From an uncultured Planctomycetales bacterium (GTDB lineage Bacteria > Omnitrophota > Gorgyraeia > Zapsychrales > JAHFFX01): 64,000 bases of DNA. Each line of letters begins with the position of its first letter. Position 1 is the first letter of the stretch. The translations under genes and the position numbers were made by a program. The notes beneath the pieces are model-generated. The model was given only the letters and a program-made list of their open reading frames with translations, ran no database searches and was not told the DNA's origin. The stretch covers positions 272,273 through 336,272 of the forward strand of contig CAZTCI010000003.1 of NCBI GenBank assembly GCA_964612665.1. Direction: 5' to 3'. Of the stretch, positions 36,302-46,113 are shown one piece after another.

Positions 36302-38347
36302 TTATTTTTTCATGCGCCGTTTTAAAACAACCGCACGCTTTTGATAAACGTCCGCTTGCGCCGGATTGTTTTGACTTTTATAAAACCGCGCTAAGTTTAA
36401 ATATCCTACGCTATATTGCGGATCCAATTCAATCGCCGTTTCAAAATTCTTTTTCGCCAATTCACTTTGGCGCAAATCACTATAAACAATTCCCAAACCA
36501 TTATAAGCATCCGTGTAATCGGGATTGAGTTGAATGGCTAATGCGTAAGCTTTTTGCGCGCTCAGCAAATCCCGACGGACCAAATAGATATTGCCCAAAC
36601 CATAATAGCCCGTCGCTAAAAACGGATCAATGCTTAACGCTTTGCGGTAAAATTTTTCAGCGTCCACATAATCTTTCAACAGTTCATAAACGTTACCCAA
36701 AGCCACGTAGCTGACTGCTGACTCCGGCTGAAGGCTGATAGCTTTTCGAAACTGTTTTGATGCGGATTCGAACTGACCGGTTTTAGAGAAAACTTCGCCC
36801 AGTTGCAAATTGACTTCATAATTATCCGGCTCTTTATCTAAAACCGCTTGAAACTGGCGCGCCGCGTCGGTAAATCTCTCTTCCCTAATATACACCTGGC
36901 CTAACCCGATATGCGCTGCGCGGTAATTCTCTTTTAACGTTATCGCCGATAAATATTCTTTTTCCGCCAAATTCCAATCACCTTGAGCGGCATAATAATA
37001 TCCTAATTGCTGATACGGACGGGCGTTGTCCGGATTTTTGGCCAAACTATCTTTCAAAAGCGCCATCGGATCGCGCCACAATTGATTACGTTCATACGAC
37101 AAAATGCCAAAGCAAAGAACAACGCCGCTTAAACAAACGGGTAAGTAAAATTGGCCAGCATTATTTTTGGCGACAAATTTTGAAATCGCGACCGGCAAGG
37201 CGGATAAAATATAACATAAAGCCAATGAAAAACCTATAACCGCCAAGTATAAACGATGTTCAAAAATAACATCCGGCAGCGAAAAAAAACTCGACTCAAC
37301 GAACAATACAATAAAAAACCAGCCGATAGAAAAACTGAGCAGACGGTGTCTTTTAAAAAGGGCGACGCTTAATGCCAGCATAAAAAAGACAATCAAAAAT
37401 CCGACGCGTGTTCGCGGCTCAACTAAACACGTTGAAATCTTGTAACCATAATCGACATTAAGCCCGACGGGCCAAAACAATAATTTGAGGTACTGTGCCA
37501 GAACACCTAACTGCGTCAGCGCATAACTGCCACGCGGCGTGTCAGCCGCTGATGTCCCATAAAGAAGAACATGTGACAGTTGAAACGATTCATGGGCGTA
37601 ATGAAAATTAAAAATGATTAAAAAAATTGGAATTAGAATAAAGACCGCGCCATATGGCAAATACAATCCCCATTCCCGTTGAAAATTTGCCAGCGAAACT
37701 TTAAAGAAACAAACTTCAAAGAAAAGAATCATGATTGGCAGCGTCAAGAAAATTGGCTTGCTCATCGAGCCCAACACAGCAAGCACCCAGGCCAGCGCAT
37801 AAACGCCGGCATGAAAGTTTTTCTTTAAGCGCAAAAAAATCAACAGTGAACTTAAATAAAAAAACGCCGCGAGCAAAACCGAGCGCTGAACAATATATGT
37901 CACTGATTCGGTTTGCACCGGGTGGCATAAAAACAAAACAGCCGCCCAAAACGGCCAATTAATTCGGGGCGCGCTTCTCTCTTTTAAAAAAACAGAATGA
38001 GCGCGAGCCAATCCCATGATTTTGCCACTTAACCAGTAAACGCCAACAGCATTCAACACATGCAAGATTAAATTGACACCATGAAAGAAAAACGGACGAA
38101 ATCCCGTCGCTGAATAATTCAAAGCAAAACTTAAGTGGGTTAAAAAACGCGTCGGGTCAAACCAAAACAACTGGCGCCACGCGCCCGCATTTTTTATCAA
38201 AGGATTTTGAAGAATGACCGCGCAATCATCCAATTGAAAAGGCACAGCGAAACTGTTGGCATACACTAAAAGAGCGATACTCGATAAAACCAGAATGACA
38301 ACGAGCTGTTCTTGAGACGCTGATAAATTAAGCTGGGAAGATTTCAT
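36302..38347 (-). CDS. TMTC/PMT-like polytopic membrane protein with C-terminal TPR repeats (putative GT-C-fold glycosyltransferase).
   Basis: 681 aa. A DD motif in the first extracytoplasmic loop (PFQLDDCAVILQNP), about 10 transmembrane helices, and at least 6 TPR repeats. Confidence 0.65.
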   Translation of the reverse strand: MKSSQLNLSASQEQLVVILVLSSIALLVYANSFAVPFQLDDCAVILQNPLIKNAGAWRQLFWFDPTRFLTHLSFALNYSATGFRPFFFHGVNLILHVLNAVGVYWLSGKIMGLARAHSVFLKERSAPRINWPFWAAVLFLCHPVQTESVTYIVQRSVLLAAFFYLSSLLIFLRLKKNFHAGVYALAWVLAVLGSMSKPIFLTLPIMILFFEVCFFKVSLANFQREWGLYLPYGAVFILIPIFLIIFNFHYAHESFQLSHVLLYGTSAADTPRGSYALTQLGVLAQYLKLLFWPVGLNVDYGYKISTCLVEPRTRVGFLIVFFMLALSVALFKRHRLLSFSIGWFFIVLFVESSFFSLPDVIFEHRLYLAVIGFSLALCYILSALPVAISKFVAKNNAGQFYLPVCLSGVVLCFGILSYERNQLWRDPMALLKDSLAKNPDNARPYQQLGYYYAAQGDWNLAEKEYLSAITLKENYRAAHIGLGQVYIREERFTDAARQFQAVLDKEPDNYEVNLQLGEVFSKTGQFESASKQFRKAISLQPESAVSYVALGNVYELLKDYVDAEKFYRKALSIDPFLATGYYGLGNIYLVRRDLLSAQKAYALAIQLNPDYTDAYNGLGIVYSDLRQSELAKKNFETAIELDPQYSVGYLNLARFYKSQNNPAQADVYQKRAVVLKRRMKK

Positions 38348-40275
38348 GGCGCCGATGAGTTGAGCTGTCTGAGATTGGCCTGAGCCGCGGCAGAATTGGG
38401 ATCCGATGCCAACACTTCTTCAAATAACTTCCTGGCTTCTTTGGATTTTCCCTGCTGAGCATAAGAAATGGCCAAATTGTTTTTGATTTGTCCGTCCGTC
38501 GGATTAAGTTTAAATGCTTTTTCAAAATAAATTTGAGCGGTGCCTGGGTTATTCAGTCTTAAATAAACCGTTCCCAGATTATTATGCAAAACAGGATCAA
38601 TGCCGTCGATCGCAATGGCTTTTTCATATTGATTAACCGCCTCAGGCAGAATCCCTTTAGCTTCATAGCAGTGCGCCATATCAAAATGGATTTCTTTAAG
38701 AAACCCCAAATAAAAATTACGCAATTGCGGATTTTGAACAACGTTTAAATATCCTTCCATAATAGTCTGGCCCTTTGTATAGGCGGCAATCGCTTGATCG
38801 AATTGACCGTCAAAATAATAGGCCCGCGCCAAAAGAATATATCCTCGGCCGAATTTCTTTTCGAACTTGACCATCCGCTCAAAAAGCGGAATCTCTCCTC
38901 GCCAATACCTATTTTGTTCTTGGCTTAAAAATCCATAAGACAAACAGGATGTCCCGACTAAAACCAAGCCTAAAACAAAAGATTGCTTACTGACTTTTGC
39001 ATTGCAAAAGTCTAGTACTAGGTCTTTTCTCCCTGGGAATGATAGAACAACCTTATCTTTGGAAGAGAAAAGACCAGTAGATGACAAACGACGCAAACTT
39101 TCGTCGATAAAAAGCACAATTAGAAGAACAAACCCGACCATCGGCAGATATAAAAAATGTTCCGCCGTGAAAATTAAAGAATACTCATTGATCAAAGGGA
39201 CAATATTTAAGACCGGCATCAACGTTATGAAAAACCACCCGACGGCAAATAGCAAGACCCGCTGTTGTGTAACCGGGTGAGATTTGATCCATCGGCTGAT
39301 TTGAAAAACAACCAATATGAAAACAATAATCGGTTTGATCAATGGCCGCAAAATATCGAATGACCGGTAATAATGCAAGTCATACGGCAAGATTAAAAGA
39401 CGCCAGTCGATCAAAAGCACGTGGGGAATTTGTAATATTCTCAGAAGCAATTCACCATCGTTAGAAAGCGGCGCTATGCTGCTTCCTAAAATGAGTTTGC
39501 GAAAATAAAAATACAAAACCAATATGCCGAAGAAACCACCGATCTTAAGAAAATTATGCCGGCCCAGGGTTTGCCCGCCAGGCTTCCAACACCATTCATA
39601 AAAAACAATAAGGAAAGGCAAAATGACGGCTTGTTCTTTAGTTAATAGCGCAATCAAAAAAATAATTAACGATCCGCCATAAAGGCAATAATTGGCCTTG
39701 TTATCAGGTACGGATGAATCCATATGCACATAACAAAGCAAACTGCTTAATGTAAAGAATGCAAACATAAGATTAGAAATCCCGGCGACACAGCTGACAG
39801 CTTCCGTTTGAATAGGATGGATTAAAAACATAACAGCGACGGGAAATGCGATGGCCGGCCGTTTGAGAAGGCGGTTTAATAAAACATAAAGCAAAATGGC
39901 GTTAATAATGTGCAGCAGAATATTCAGCAGATGGTAATACGCGGATTGCAGACCGAAGAAATAATATTCGATTTTATAAAATAGATCAAGGAAAGGACGG
40001 TAATAGGAATTGATAACCGGCTGCGTGACAGTAAAACCGCCCCAGCGGGACTTCTCTAAAAAAATACGCGGCCAATTGTGCCAATCGGCGAGGTGGGGAT
40101 TATTTTGGATAAAAACGATATCGTCGTGGACGAAAGGATGGCGAATGGCATTGGCGTAAACCGCGAGGCCCAGGCAAAACAACAAAACAACAGCGGCGAC
40201 ATTGAGACGTCCCAACGGGACGTCTCTACGCGCGCAATTCTGGGTGGATTGTAATCCAATTATTTGGTTACCCAA
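38344..40275 (-). CDS. TMTC/PMT-like membrane-TPR protein paralogue carrying an in-frame 93-bp repeat-element insertion.
   Basis: 643 aa. HPFVHDDIVFIQNNP loop-1 motif and TPR C-terminus. The ORF-track start is TTG and overlaps the upstream gene. The segment STGLFSSKDKVVLSFPGRKDLVLDFCNAKVSK is encoded by the repeat element. Confidence 0.6.
   Translation of the reverse strand: MGNQIIGLQSTQNCARRDVPLGRLNVAAVVLLFCLGLAVYANAIRHPFVHDDIVFIQNNPHLADWHNWPRIFLEKSRWGGFTVTQPVINSYYRPFLDLFYKIEYYFFGLQSAYYHLLNILLHIINAILLYVLLNRLLKRPAIAFPVAVMFLIHPIQTEAVSCVAGISNLMFAFFTLSSLLCYVHMDSSVPDNKANYCLYGGSLIIFLIALLTKEQAVILPFLIVFYEWCWKPGGQTLGRHNFLKIGGFFGILVLYFYFRKLILGSSIAPLSNDGELLLRILQIPHVLLIDWRLLILPYDLHYYRSFDILRPLIKPIIVFILVVFQISRWIKSHPVTQQRVLLFAVGWFFITLMPVLNIVPLINEYSLIFTAEHFLYLPMVGFVLLIVLFIDESLRRLSSTGLFSSKDKVVLSFPGRKDLVLDFCNAKVSKQSFVLGLVLVGTSCLSYGFLSQEQNRYWRGEIPLFERMVKFEKKFGRGYILLARAYYFDGQFDQAIAAYTKGQTIMEGYLNVVQNPQLRNFYLGFLKEIHFDMAHCYEAKGILPEAVNQYEKAIAIDGIDPVLHNNLGTVYLRLNNPGTAQIYFEKAFKLNPTDGQIKNNLAISYAQQGKSKEARKLFEEVLASDPNSAAAQANLRQLNSSAP
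38987..39079. repeat. 93-bp structured MITE-like element, copy 2 (inside a coding sequence, in frame).
   Basis: Near-identical to 667-759. Its length is a multiple of three and it is translated as part of the 38344-40275 ORF. Confidence 0.85.
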
Positions 40276-40673
40276 TTACCGTTTTCATCCTGAATTTTGT
40301 CGCCGGGGTTGGCCTTATCGCGCTGGACCTGCGCGAAAACTTTTTCAATTGTTTCCAAAGCGCCGTTTAAATTATTCTGCTCTTCGATCGCTTTATAAAT
40401 CAACTTGCGGTCCTGATTCTCGCTGTCGACCAGCTGCTGCGTCTGCGCGTCATTCTTGAGCGCTTCGACATATCCGCGATTATTTTCTCCAACGGAACCT
40501 TGAGCTTTTAAAGCTTTAAGATCATTAAACCGGTCTTTGCGGTTTTCTAAAGCAGTTTTAATGGCCGGTGTCATTTCTTTAATTTCGTATTTCCCCTCAG
40601 CAAATGAGGCAACCGATAAATTTAATAAAAGCACTCCCACTAATATGGATAAAAGAACGCCGGTTCTTCTCAT
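40260..40673 (-). CDS. YdbL-like (DUF1318) periplasmic protein.
   Basis: 137 aa. Signal peptide, and TPAIKTALENRKDRF...LIYKAIEEQN typical of DUF1318. Confidence 0.6.
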   Translation of the reverse strand: MRRTGVLLSILVGVLLLNLSVASFAEGKYEIKEMTPAIKTALENRKDRFNDLKALKAQGSVGENNRGYVEALKNDAQTQQLVDSENQDRKLIYKAIEEQNNLNGALETIEKVFAQVQRDKANPGDKIQDENGNWVTK

Positions 40674-40897
40674 GGCTTGTTTCCTCCTGTTGGCTTAGTA
40701 TCACTTTTAGTCTCGCCGCTACTCACATAATCTTCAATGTTGTTGGCGGTGTCTTTAAGGCCTTTGATATCGAGTGTAATGTGTGCGTTAATTGTGATCG
40801 GCCGGTTCGGATCACCGACGGCTTTGACCGTACAGCCGGCTAATAGAAGCGGCCAGATGATATAGCCCCATTCCTTTTTAAACTTGCCTTTAAGCAT
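40670..40897 (-). CDS. YnbE-like small lipoprotein.
   Basis: 75 aa. Lipobox LLAGC. It overlaps the YdbL-like gene by 4 bp, matching the ydbH-ynbE-ydbL arrangement. Confidence 0.5.
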   Translation of the reverse strand: MLKGKFKKEWGYIIWPLLLAGCTVKAVGDPNRPITINAHITLDIKGLKDTANNIEDYVSSGETKSDTKPTGGNKP

Positions 40898-40935
40898 TAT
40901 GCCTCCTATGTTAAATAAATTTTACGACTGAAAAA

Positions 40936-41994
40936 TTACCAACCCATCCTCCCTAAAAACTTTTTATTTTTATCTGAAGTCGTTGGGAAAAAATTTGTCA
41001 CGAGAACTTTCGAAAGATCAGCCAAGGTCGTTCCTAAATTGATATCCACCCCGACGTTCATGTCCAAATTTAATTTTTGGCTCCCCAAATTTACAGTCGT
41101 GTTTAATTTTTCCTGGCCGTCATTCTTAAGATGCAGATGCGCTCTTTCTAAAGGGACATAGCTGTCAGCGTCGATGAGCTGTTGCAGTTCTTTTTTCTGG
41201 ATGCTTTGCGGAAGATAATTCGCCAATAATCCCAGCAGCGCCGCTTTAATCGTCGCGCCTTGGCTGACATCTAAATCAGCGGTAACGGTGTTCATTTGTT
41301 TACCGTTTCCTTCAATATTGATTTTTCCAGTTGCGCGGCCCTGCATCTGCGAAAAGACGCCTTCGTTAACCGCACGCATTAATCTCAAATCCACGTCTTT
41401 AATATCAAACTGGGCAGCATATGATAGCATGGAAAAATCGGTAATCGAAAAGTCTCCTCGAATTTCACCGCCGTAACCATCCGCCTTAAAATCCGATAAC
41501 CGAATCGCATTTCTATTTCCAGTTAAATCCGTTTGAAGCGATTCAAGATGATTTTCTCCGGCGGAAAACGCAACCGCGCTCGATTTTCCTTTTAAATCAA
41601 TGACTTTATGATCCGAAAGATTAAAACGAATCTCGGCTTCGATTCCGTTTAATTGAACGGTTGAATTGAGATTAACGTTCTTTAAAACCAACGTTAAAAT
41701 CTGTTGGCTGGCGAACAGCTGACGGTTGCTTTCGATTGTTATGATTTTCCCGTTGAATACATGCGTCACGCCTTCTTTTTTTAAAACCAAATTAAAGTTT
41801 TCAAATCCTAACCGGCTTAAAGAAGGCGCAGAACGCTTTTGGTAGGTAAAAGTTTGAAGTTGAACAGTTGGGGCATTGCGTTTAAGCCAAAACGACAGGG
41901 CAAATGATGGAACCCAGTAAGAATAGAAAATGGTGTAATAAAAAACACACGCCAAGACAACAACAACGCTGCAAACCCATAAGAATTTCTTCAT
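40936..41994 (-). CDS. YdbH/AsmA-like membrane-anchored protein (a short form).
   Basis: 352 aa. An N-terminal transmembrane helix followed by a beta-rich repetitive region. It is positioned upstream of the YnbE/YdbL-like genes. Confidence 0.4.
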   Translation of the reverse strand: MKKFLWVCSVVVVLACVFYYTIFYSYWVPSFALSFWLKRNAPTVQLQTFTYQKRSAPSLSRLGFENFNLVLKKEGVTHVFNGKIITIESNRQLFASQQILTLVLKNVNLNSTVQLNGIEAEIRFNLSDHKVIDLKGKSSAVAFSAGENHLESLQTDLTGNRNAIRLSDFKADGYGGEIRGDFSITDFSMLSYAAQFDIKDVDLRLMRAVNEGVFSQMQGRATGKINIEGNGKQMNTVTADLDVSQGATIKAALLGLLANYLPQSIQKKELQQLIDADSYVPLERAHLHLKNDGQEKLNTTVNLGSQKLNLDMNVGVDINLGTTLADLSKVLVTNFFPTTSDKNKKFLGRMGW

Positions 41995-41996
41995 TA

Positions 41997-42341
41997 CTAC
42001 TTTTTTAACTGCGACGTGAAAGACTGCAACTCCGCGAACAGTGTGTCAACTTGCTTTAATTGGTTGGATGCTTGGCTCAGGTCTTTATTCTTGCCCATTT
42101 GTTCCAAATTTAAAAAGACAATGTGCAGTTTTTTGGCTGAAATATTTCCCGACGCGCCTTTCAACCCATGAGCAATATTACGGACAGCCTCAAAATCATT
42201 TTTTTGAACAGCTTCGCCTAAGCTCTTTCTTTTTTCAACGTAATCCTCTAAATAAATCTGAAATAATTCCATCAAGAGTTCTTTATCATCCTGAACTCTT
42301 TCCATCACTTCTTTCATGTCCACTGCTGCTTGTTCGTTCAT
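41997..42341 (-). CDS. Histidine phosphotransfer (Hpt) domain protein.
   Basis: 114 aa. The [15 protein letters not shown] motif contains the phosphorylatable histidine. Confidence 0.7.
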   Translation of the reverse strand: MNEQAAVDMKEVMERVQDDKELLMELFQIYLEDYVEKRKSLGEAVQKNDFEAVRNIAHGLKGASGNISAKKLHIVFLNLEQMGKNKDLSQASNQLKQVDTLFAELQSFTSQLKK

Positions 42342-44665
42342 GAATGCCTCCCATCCTTAAAGATATTTTCGATCGCCTCATATAATTTAAGGCGGTCGAT
42401 CGGTTTCGATACATAACCATCCATGCCGACCTCAAGGCATTTTTGCCGGTCTTCTTCCATGGCCCGGGCCGTTAGCGCGATAATGGGTATATACTTGCCG
42501 GTTTTTTTGTTGTCTTCGCGGATCATACGCGTTGTAGTTAGCCCGTCGAGAATTGGCATCTGAGCATCCATCAAGACCACATCATAGGATTCTTTATTTA
42601 ATTTATCCAAAACTTCCTGTCCGTTCCCAACCGCTTCAACCTTCCAGCCGCGTTTTTCCAAAATTTTCATGGTGATCTTTTGGTTGACCAAATTATCTTC
42701 CGCCAAAAGAATGTGCAGGCAATGGTTATCTTTAAGCGGAATTTGGTTCATGTGGTGCACACCGTCGCCATTGCTGGGTTCAACAGCGATCGTAGCTGTG
42801 GACGGTTTCATCTTATATTTAAAATGCGCGGTAAAATAAAACGTGCTTCCTTTTCCGTCTTCACTCTCAACCCAGATCTTGCCGTCCATCATGGCAACGA
42901 GTCTTTTACAAATGGCCAGCCCCAAACCCGTGCCTCCATAGCGCCGGGTCGTTGAGTCATCCGCCTGCGTGAACGCCTCAAAAATCATTTCCTGTTTATT
43001 TTGTGGAATGCCGATCCCTGTGTCATTGACCGAAAAAAGCACTTCAGATTCATGCTCGGATAAACGCATCATTTTTAAAGCCACCGTAATGCGGCCGCGC
43101 TCAGTAAATTTGACAGCATTATTGATGAGGTTAATCAAAATCTGGCGGATACGCACCGGGTCTCCGATCAGAGTTTCTGGAATATCCGGCGGCATCTGCG
43201 TCACAATTTCCAAATTTTTGTTTCTGGCCAAGACCGACAATCCTTTACACACATTGGTGATGATGCTGGGCAAGTTCAGATCAATCGCTTCCAGTTTAAT
43301 TTTTCCGGCTTCCACCTTCGACAAATCTAAAATATCATTAATCAATCCCAAAAGATTGTCGGCCGCGTCTTTGGCGACTTTTAAATTATCTTTCTGCTCA
43401 TCGCTCAAATTCGTGTCCAGCGTTAAATCAATCATACCCATGATCGTGTTCATCGGTGTACGGACTTCATGCGACATATTCGCCAAGAAAAGACTTTTGG
43501 CCGTATTGGCTTCTTCCGCGGCCAATTTGGACTGCATGAGCATCTGCTGAAATTGCTTTTGCTGGGTGATATCTTGAATAATACCAACGGAACCGACAAT
43601 GTTATCATTGGAATCTTTAAGAATATTAATTGAAAGATCAACATCGATCATCCCGCCGTTTTTCTTGATAACCTTGGTTTCCATATGATGCTTGGAACCA
43701 AGCTTGCGGATATTCTCGGCGCGGATTTTGGTCCATTCTTCCGGCGGATACAAGGAGCTCACATGTTTTAAATAAATGTCTTTATGCTTAAAACCAAACA
43801 TCTGTTCTGTGTAACGGTTCCAGGAAACAATCCGTTCATTTTGATCGGTCAGCGTAATCGACGCGGCGGAATTATCCAGAATAATGCGAATCTTATTTTC
43901 GGATTCTTTGATCTTCCGTTCGGCGGCTTTTTGTTTGGTGATGTCGCGGATAATGCCGATCGCACCGATCATCCGGCCGCTTTCATCTTTTAAAATGGAA
44001 ATCGACACATGCACGTCAATAGGCATGCCGTCTTTCTTTAAAATCTGGGTTTCAATGTCCGAGAGCATTCCTTTTTGGCGGATGCGCAGCGATCTTAACC
44101 GGCGCCATTCTGCCGCCGGATAAAGTTCTTTGACGGGTTTATTAAACAAATCTTTGTTGCTCATCTCAAGCATTTTCTCGGCGAAAGGATTCCAGGCGAT
44201 GATCCGTTCTTCTTTGTCAATGACCGTAATCGCGACCGCCGAGTTTTTGAAAACCACTTTAAATAATTCTTTGGATTCCAAAAGCTCTTTTTCCATCCGC
44301 TTTTGCAAGGAAATGTCTTCAATGACGATATCGAAGCATTTCAATTTGCCACGATTGTCTTTAAACACTGCGCACGTCACCGACGCCCAGAAAGGCGCCC
44401 GTTTTTTACTGCGCAGACGGATTTCTTCTTTTTCAACAAAGCCGTTGGCTTTAGTTTTTCGAAGAAGTGTTAATAATTTTTGGGGGTCTTCAAATATATG
44501 GGCAGCGGAAAGATGGTCGATCGTTTGATTTTGATTTAAATCAAAAATGCTTCGGAAGGTCTTATTAACAAACAAAAATTTGCCATGCGGGCCGGGGGAT
44601 ATGCGGCAAATTCCGATTTTTAAATTATCAATTAATTCTTCAAATCGAATATTTTGTTCGGGCAT
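42338..44665 (-). CDS. Hybrid sensor histidine kinase/response regulator with several PAS domains.
   Basis: Three to four PAS-like repeats, an H-box ([15 protein letters not shown]), an ATPase domain ([12 protein letters not shown]) and a C-terminal receiver ([12 protein letters not shown]). Confidence 0.85.
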   Translation of the reverse strand: MPEQNIRFEELIDNLKIGICRISPGPHGKFLFVNKTFRSIFDLNQNQTIDHLSAAHIFEDPQKLLTLLRKTKANGFVEKEEIRLRSKKRAPFWASVTCAVFKDNRGKLKCFDIVIEDISLQKRMEKELLESKELFKVVFKNSAVAITVIDKEERIIAWNPFAEKMLEMSNKDLFNKPVKELYPAAEWRRLRSLRIRQKGMLSDIETQILKKDGMPIDVHVSISILKDESGRMIGAIGIIRDITKQKAAERKIKESENKIRIILDNSAASITLTDQNERIVSWNRYTEQMFGFKHKDIYLKHVSSLYPPEEWTKIRAENIRKLGSKHHMETKVIKKNGGMIDVDLSINILKDSNDNIVGSVGIIQDITQQKQFQQMLMQSKLAAEEANTAKSLFLANMSHEVRTPMNTIMGMIDLTLDTNLSDEQKDNLKVAKDAADNLLGLINDILDLSKVEAGKIKLEAIDLNLPSIITNVCKGLSVLARNKNLEIVTQMPPDIPETLIGDPVRIRQILINLINNAVKFTERGRITVALKMMRLSEHESEVLFSVNDTGIGIPQNKQEMIFEAFTQADDSTTRRYGGTGLGLAICKRLVAMMDGKIWVESEDGKGSTFYFTAHFKYKMKPSTATIAVEPSNGDGVHHMNQIPLKDNHCLHILLAEDNLVNQKITMKILEKRGWKVEAVGNGQEVLDKLNKESYDVVLMDAQMPILDGLTTTRMIREDNKKTGKYIPIIALTARAMEEDRQKCLEVGMDGYVSKPIDRLKLYEAIENIFKDGRHS

Positions 44666-44737
44666 TGGGTAGGGCTTGTCAAGTCACCAAGCCACATGTC
44701 ACCAGATTTGAAACCGGTGACGCGGTGACCTTGTGAC

Positions 44738-45028
44738 TCACCTCTTAAATTTAATATTTTTAGAAATAGCAGCTAAACTGAATACACCAACCAACATTGC
44801 CAGCGCTATCATACAAAGAACCATAATTGAAATCCACTCTTTTTCAAAATTAGTTGGCATAACGCCGTGGAGAATTACAGCCAGCAGAAGAAAAGCGCAT
44901 AAAATTGCTGCCCCGCCGACAAAGAAAATGAGCGACGAAAATAAAAATGTCAGCAGCAAAACGAAAAGGTTGTACCAGAGTAAATTTCCTTTCGCGATTT
45001 TGCTTGCGGCTAAGCCTATTCTTTGCAT
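44738..45028 (-). CDS. Small hydrophobic membrane protein (hypothetical).
   Basis: 96 aa with three predicted transmembrane helices. It starts at an ATG with an AAAGGA about 11 nt upstream and lies on the dominant strand. The overlapping plus-strand ORF looks less protein-like. Confidence 0.4.
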   Translation of the reverse strand: MQRIGLAASKIAKGNLLWYNLFVLLLTFLFSSLIFFVGGAAILCAFLLLAVILHGVMPTNFEKEWISIMVLCMIALAMLVGVFSLAAISKNIKFKR

Positions 45029-45254
45029 TTCGGTGATTGTCCTTTAGAATTATAAAATTTAAACTTGTTGTTAACAATGAACTATAGAGTCAAGTTGTTC
45101 GTTGATCGGTTACATAGCTGGAATCGTTAAACGTTCATCGTCTGTTGTCTAAGAAAAGACGAACACCGACCAACGAAAGACGATTCGAGCTACGAAACCG
45201 ATCAACACTTAACGAAAACTGTAAGCACTTCTTTCAAAGAGTACAATTAACTCA

Positions 45255-46043
45255 TCACTTCATTCGAATCTTTTCCATTTCCCGGCGAACTTGTTCAATG
45301 CGATCATCCAAATAAGGATGCGTACGTAAAAGCGCCGGCGGTTCCGGGCCTTTGGATTGTTGTTTTAAGATTTCAAAGGTCTGGACCATGCCTTCCATAT
45401 TATAGCCGGCCAAATGCATATACTTTAAACCAAGCCGGTCGGCTTCAAATTCATCCTGCCGGCCATAAGCGGAAAAAACTAAATTCATGATGGCATTAGC
45501 GCCCATTGAGGTGATTTTTCTCATCTGTTCTTGGACGCCAAGTGCGGTAAAAATCAATTCACCGATGATGCTGTAGCTCACCGCCGCCTGAAATTTCTTG
45601 ACCGTATGCCGTGCGGCACAATGTCCAACCTCGTGGCCGAGGACTGCGGCAAGTTGATCATCTGACGTTAACCGGTCTAAAAGTCCGGTAAAACAATATA
45701 CATTACCTCCTGGCACTGTAAAAGCATTCATCTCATCTTTTTCAATCAAAAAAAAATGATACTCAAAATCCTGGCGGTCTGAAACTTGCGCGACCCGCGC
45801 GCCGACACGGTTAACACGCGCGACTTTATTTCTATCTTCACACAAATGATATTCCGTTAGTAATTTCTTGTGAACATCCTGCCCCATCGAAACTTCTTGG
45901 GGCGTTGAAATCGCTATAAATTCTCGTCGGCCGGTAGCGGTGTTATAGGATGTCATGCTGGCACAGCTTGAGAGCGAGATTAGTAGTATGATTTGTGGAA
46001 TTAACCAGAATTTCTTTAATTGGTTGGGGATTTTTAAATGCAT
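45255..46043 (-). CDS. M48-family zinc metallopeptidase lipoprotein.
   Basis: HEVGHCAARH gives the HExxH motif. A lipoprotein signal (LLISLSSC) follows the ATG for MHLKIP. The ORF-track TTG extension overlaps a palindromic repeat. Confidence 0.8.
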   Translation of the reverse strand: MHLKIPNQLKKFWLIPQIILLISLSSCASMTSYNTATGRREFIAISTPQEVSMGQDVHKKLLTEYHLCEDRNKVARVNRVGARVAQVSDRQDFEYHFFLIEKDEMNAFTVPGGNVYCFTGLLDRLTSDDQLAAVLGHEVGHCAARHTVKKFQAAVSYSIIGELIFTALGVQEQMRKITSMGANAIMNLVFSAYGRQDEFEADRLGLKYMHLAGYNMEGMVQTFEILKQQSKGPEPPALLRTHPYLDDRIEQVRREMEKIRMK

Positions 46044-46057
46044 AGGTAATTTTTGAT

Positions 46058-46113
46058 GAGTTTTCCAGTTAACCAGTTTCAAGTTGGCCGGTTAACTTGG
46101 TAACTGGTAAACT
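46058..46113. repeat. CCAGTT/AACTGG palindromic repeat, copy 2.
   Basis: GAGTTTTCCAGTTAACCAGTTTCAAGTTGGCCGGTTAACTTGGTAACTGGTAAACT. It shares the unit order with 9766-9835. Confidence 0.7.

Noticed and set aside
44733-45047. 104-aa plus-strand ORF overlapping the 96-aa minus-strand small membrane protein.
   Set aside because: Only one of the overlapping pair is likely to be real. The minus-strand frame gives three clean hydrophobic helices and matches the orientation of all neighbouring genes. The plus-strand product has mixed composition.
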